IMG/VR virus record: IMGVR_UViG_3300030419_006697
Coordinates: 1 to 63,851 of that record
Length of the DNA stretch: 63,851 nucleotides
Reading direction: 5' to 3' (one strand)
DNA from: a virus
Taxonomy: Duplodnaviria; Caudoviricetes
The notes beneath the pieces were generated by a model. That model searched no databases and had not been told where the DNA came from. It saw only the letters and a program-made list of their open reading frames with translations. Below are positions 61,187 through 63,851 of the stretch, piece after piece; the first letter of the stretch is position 1, and every line of letters begins with the position of its first letter. Both the position numbers and the translations under genes were made by a program.

Positions 61187-61382
61187 TTACGTAAGAGCCG
61201 TGTATGAACAGTTCTTTTATATGAAATATTATGGAGGATGGAGTTTGTTTGAATTATACAGTTTGCCTGTAGGCCTCCGAAATTGGTATTTTGAAAAGCT
61301 ATCAGACCACAAGGCACAGGAAAACGAAAGTATAAAAAAAGCCACAACAAAAAATAAGTCATACGGGCCGCCTGGTTTTTAA
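61158..61382 (+). CDS. Small tail-assembly chaperone partner (overlaps gp26-like gene in +1 frame)
   Basis: GGAGGT 8 nt before ATG 61158; MKYYGGWSLFELYSLPVGLRNWY resembles the pre-tape-measure chaperone C-terminal segment. Confidence 0.65.
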   Translation: MRTFFGLKPDYVRAVYEQFFYMKYYGGWSLFELYSLPVGLRNWYFEKLSDHKAQENESIKKATTKNKSYGPPGF

Positions 61383-61402
61383 AATTAAAACTATTTATTT
61401 CT

Positions 61403-61726
61403 ATGGAAGAAAAGGTAATTATCGATCTCAATGAAGCAAAGCTGCTTAACGAAAGCACTTCTTTGATTCGCTTTGGAGCCAAAGTCAAACAAGCTCTTTA
61501 TTATATGTTTGCGCCTTCCGGTGTTTCTTTTTCACAATTCTATCTTAAAGGTAGTCCTGGTGATATCCAAGCATTTACTGCCGTTTTAGCATCTGAAAAA
61601 AGATATATGGATTCTTATTTGCAAAATGGATTAAATGATCCAAAAGTCTTAAATAATCGATATGCTTTGGACAGAGCAGTTCAAAAATTTGAACGAGAGA
61701 CAGGTATTAAGTGGCCATTGAAATAA
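61403..61726 (+). CDS. Hypothetical protein preceding tape measure
   Basis: 107-aa ORF, ACTATTTA 5 nt upstream. Confidence 0.65.
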   Translation: MEEKVIIDLNEAKLLNESTSLIRFGAKVKQALYYMFAPSGVSFSQFYLKGSPGDIQAFTAVLASEKRYMDSYLQNGLNDPKVLNNRYALDRAVQKFERETGIKWPLK

Positions 61727-61738
61727 GGAAACTAACCA

Positions 61739-63851
61739 ATGGCTGATGATATTACGAAAACCACAGAACAAATCAAACAACAAATAGAAAATGTTAAACT
61801 TCTTAAAGCCGCAATGGAAGATCTTGAAATTGCCGGATCTTCTGCTTTTGCAGAATTGTCTAAAGTTTTAAGGCCAGGTACGGAGTCGCGCGCGGCCTAT
61901 GATGAAATAGCACAAAGCATACAAGAGGCTCTAGGAAGCCAATTTAAATATGCTACTGAATTAGAAAAAACCTTACTTCTTAATCAAGAGATTGCCAAGG
62001 CAGAAAACCTTCGCTTGCAAAAGTTAACAGAGCAAGAACAAATTCAAAAACAACTTAATTCCATTGAGCAGATTAGAAATGCTCGGAAGGAGGAAGAAGA
62101 AGAATTAAATAATAAAATTACAGAAGCTCAAAAAAAACTACTTGATGTTAATGAAAGTGTTGTAAACAAAGCTAAAGAAGAATTAGAAGAATTAGAAAAA
62201 CAAAAAAAAGAGTTAGAAAAACAATGGGCCTTATCCAAGCACAAAGAAAAGGCTCAAGAACAACTACAACAAGATTTAGAAAAACAACTTATAACTCTTA
62301 AGGCCATCACAGGCTTTGATGGCGAGGATCTAGAGACACTTCGGGCTAAAATAGAAGCATTGCGCGCTGAAAACCAAGCCCGTTCCGAGGCAAATACATT
62401 ATCAGAAGAAGCTCGCAAGCTTGAAGAGACAGCGGAAGCTATAACACAAAATCGCCTAGAATCAACTTTAGGAATAAAAGACACAACAGCTGATTTTGTT
62501 GATTTGCTGATCGACGCGCAAGGCGATGCTGAAAAGCTAGCTAACGTAGCTGCCGGTGTGGAGAAGGCTTTTAAAAAGGCATTTGATCCAAAAGTTCTTA
62601 TAAAATCACTTAAGAACTTTATACAAGACCAATCAGCTGCTGCAACAAAAAACATATTTGGCCTAGATGGCCTTATTATGAGATATGCTGAATTGGGAAA
62701 AAGATTAACTCAAACTACCGGTGCCACAAAAGAGTTTGGCGTTGCTGCACAACAGTTAACTGATCGCCTTCGAGCGCAAGGATTTACTTTAGCTGAAACT
62801 GAACAGGCTATGGGTGGTTTATATATGTCTTCTGCTGCCTTTACTAGGCTAGCGGCTGCCGAGCAAAAAAATATGGGAGAATTTGCAGCTCAACTCACCA
62901 GTTTAGGAGTTGCTACAGATAATTTTGCTGTTTCTATGGATAAGTTGTTAAAAGTGTTTAAATTTACACCTGCACAAACTAGAAAAATTACAACAGAATT
63001 GTCTAATTTTGGAAGGACACTTGGTATTGGACCAAATAAAGCATTACAGCAATTTAATCAACAAATGCCATTATTAGCAAGATACGGAAGAGAACAAGGC
63101 ATAGAAATATTTAAACAATTGGCGACAACAGCACATATGGCCGGCATTGAAATGAGCGATTTAGTTAACGTTGCTAAACAATTTGATACATTTGAAGGAG
63201 CAGCGGAAGCAGCAGCTAATTTAAATTTTGTTCTTGGGGGTCCTCTTTTAAATTCAATGGATTTGATTAATGCAAATGAAGTAGAAAGAATTCAAATACT
63301 TAAGGATGCGATGGCTCAAAGTGGTAAGTCATTCAACCAGCTTGGAAGATTTCAAAAAGACTTAATTGCACAGCAGCTTGGCGTCGGTGTTGATGTTGCC
63401 CAGGCGCTCTTTTCTGATGAGAACGTTAATACTATAGAAGAAGCCACTGCTAAAATAAAAGAACAGGCAGGGGAATTAGGTTCCTTGAAAAACCAGAGTA
63501 AAGATGTACGAACTGAAGCCCAAAAGCGAGCTGCAGCAGAAGAAAAATTATTAGACACTGCAAAAGAACTGATTCCACTTGCAAAGACGTTCAATGAATT
63601 GCTAACAAAGTTAAAGGGAGCGTTAGCTCTTCTTGGGCCTTTGTTTATAGGTTTAAATCTTACTATGAAGATTATGGCCGTTGCGCGCCTGGGCGTGCTA
63701 TCTAAAGCTATGAGTGGATTGACGACTGCTATGACAGGCGGTGGTGGTGCCGCCGGCGGTGTCGCCGGCGCCCTCAATCAGACTACTAGAAATATGTCTG
63801 GCTTTGGTGAAAGCGCCGGTCGTACTGTTAATCAAGTTAATAATGTCGGTA
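61739..63851 (+). CDS. Tape measure protein, 3'-truncated (absent from ORF track)
   Basis: ATG 61739 (MADDITKTTEQIKQQIENVKLL...) after AAGGA; appears open to the window end; long helical Ala/Glu/Lys/Gln-rich sequence with KQFDTFEGAAEAAANLN; follows tube and chaperones. Confidence 0.85.
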   Translation, partial: MADDITKTTEQIKQQIENVKLLKAAMEDLEIAGSSAFAELSKVLRPGTESRAAYDEIAQSIQEALGSQFKYATELEKTLLLNQEIAKAENLRLQKLTEQEQIQKQLNSIEQIRNARKEEEEELNNKITEAQKKLLDVNESVVNKAKEELEELEKQKKELEKQWALSKHKEKAQEQLQQDLEKQLITLKAITGFDGEDLETLRAKIEALRAENQARSEANTLSEEARKLEETAEAITQNRLESTLGIKDTTADFVDLLIDAQGDAEKLANVAAGVEKAFKKAFDPKVLIKSLKNFIQDQSAAATKNIFGLDGLIMRYAELGKRLTQTTGATKEFGVAAQQLTDRLRAQGFTLAETEQAMGGLYMSSAAFTRLAAAEQKNMGEFAAQLTSLGVATDNFAVSMDKLLKVFKFTPAQTRKITTELSNFGRTLGIGPNKALQQFNQQMPLLARYGREQGIEIFKQLATTAHMAGIEMSDLVNVAKQFDTFEGAAEAAANLNFVLGGPLLNSMDLINANEVERIQILKDAMAQSGKSFNQLGRFQKDLIAQQLGVGVDVAQALFSDENVNTIEEATAKIKEQAGELGSLKNQSKDVRTEAQKRAAAEEKLLDTAKELIPLAKTFNELLTKLKGALALLGPLFIGLNLTMKIMAVARLGVLSKAMSGLTTAMTGGGGAAGGVAGALNQTTRNMSGFGESAGRTVNQVNNVG

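Larger units (their letters stand above)
7824..61397 (+). promoter_or_regulatory. Dispersed putative late-promoter motif ACTA(A/C/T)TTA
   Basis: Intergenic copies starting at 7824, 28433, 39846, 42175, 50102, 53072, 53344, 56046, 59023, 59618 and 61390, each shortly upstream of a gene start. Confidence 0.75.

Noticed and set aside
1-63851. Stop-codon reassignment as seen in some large phages
   Set aside because: Long genes are intact in code 11, and TAA, TAG (e.g. 25041, 39842) and TGA (e.g. 38027, 61186) all end genes at sensible positions.
1-63851. Minus-strand and nested short ORFs in the ORF track
   Set aside because: They are antisense or out-of-frame shadows of long + strand genes with no recognisable motifs.
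1-63851. tRNA genes, CRISPR arrays, introns/inteins, homing endonucleases
   Set aside because: Intergenic gaps are short with no cloverleaf or repeat-spacer pattern; terminase, portal, capsid and primase are uninterrupted; no HNH, GIY-YIG or LAGLIDADG ORF recognised.

Overview
This window is part of a large T4-like (myovirus, jumbo-phage-type) bacteriophage genome. Essentially all genes are on the + strand and read in the standard code. Order: (1) a baseplate module (5'-truncated amidase-bearing protein, spike-like protein, 2024-aa protein with three SH3b-like repeats, gp25- and gp6-like wedge proteins, 3077-aa LamG-containing wedge protein, several large unknown proteins, tail-collar-like paralogues); (2) an embedded replication/recombination island (RuvC, YkuK-like RNase H fold, primase, a fused SbcD-SbcC); (3) a LamG protein, a holin/spanin-like cassette and two fibre proteins with S74 chaperone domains; (4) the head module (terminase, portal, prohead protease, phage-encoded ribosomal protein bS21, scaffold, major capsid); (5) neck, sheath, two tube paralogues, tail chaperones and a 3'-truncated tape measure gene. 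Less obvious structure: a recurrent [ST]-[GAS]-[ST] tripeptide concentrated in a subset of virion proteins (possible modification sequon); an orphan, diverged second copy of the last 60 codons of sbcC that carries the putative late-promoter motif; an ACTAHTTA motif in most intergenic gaps; sigma70-like promoters at the replication island; and a T7 run at the tail-chaperone junction. All calls come from motif recognition and gene order by eye; no database searches were run.
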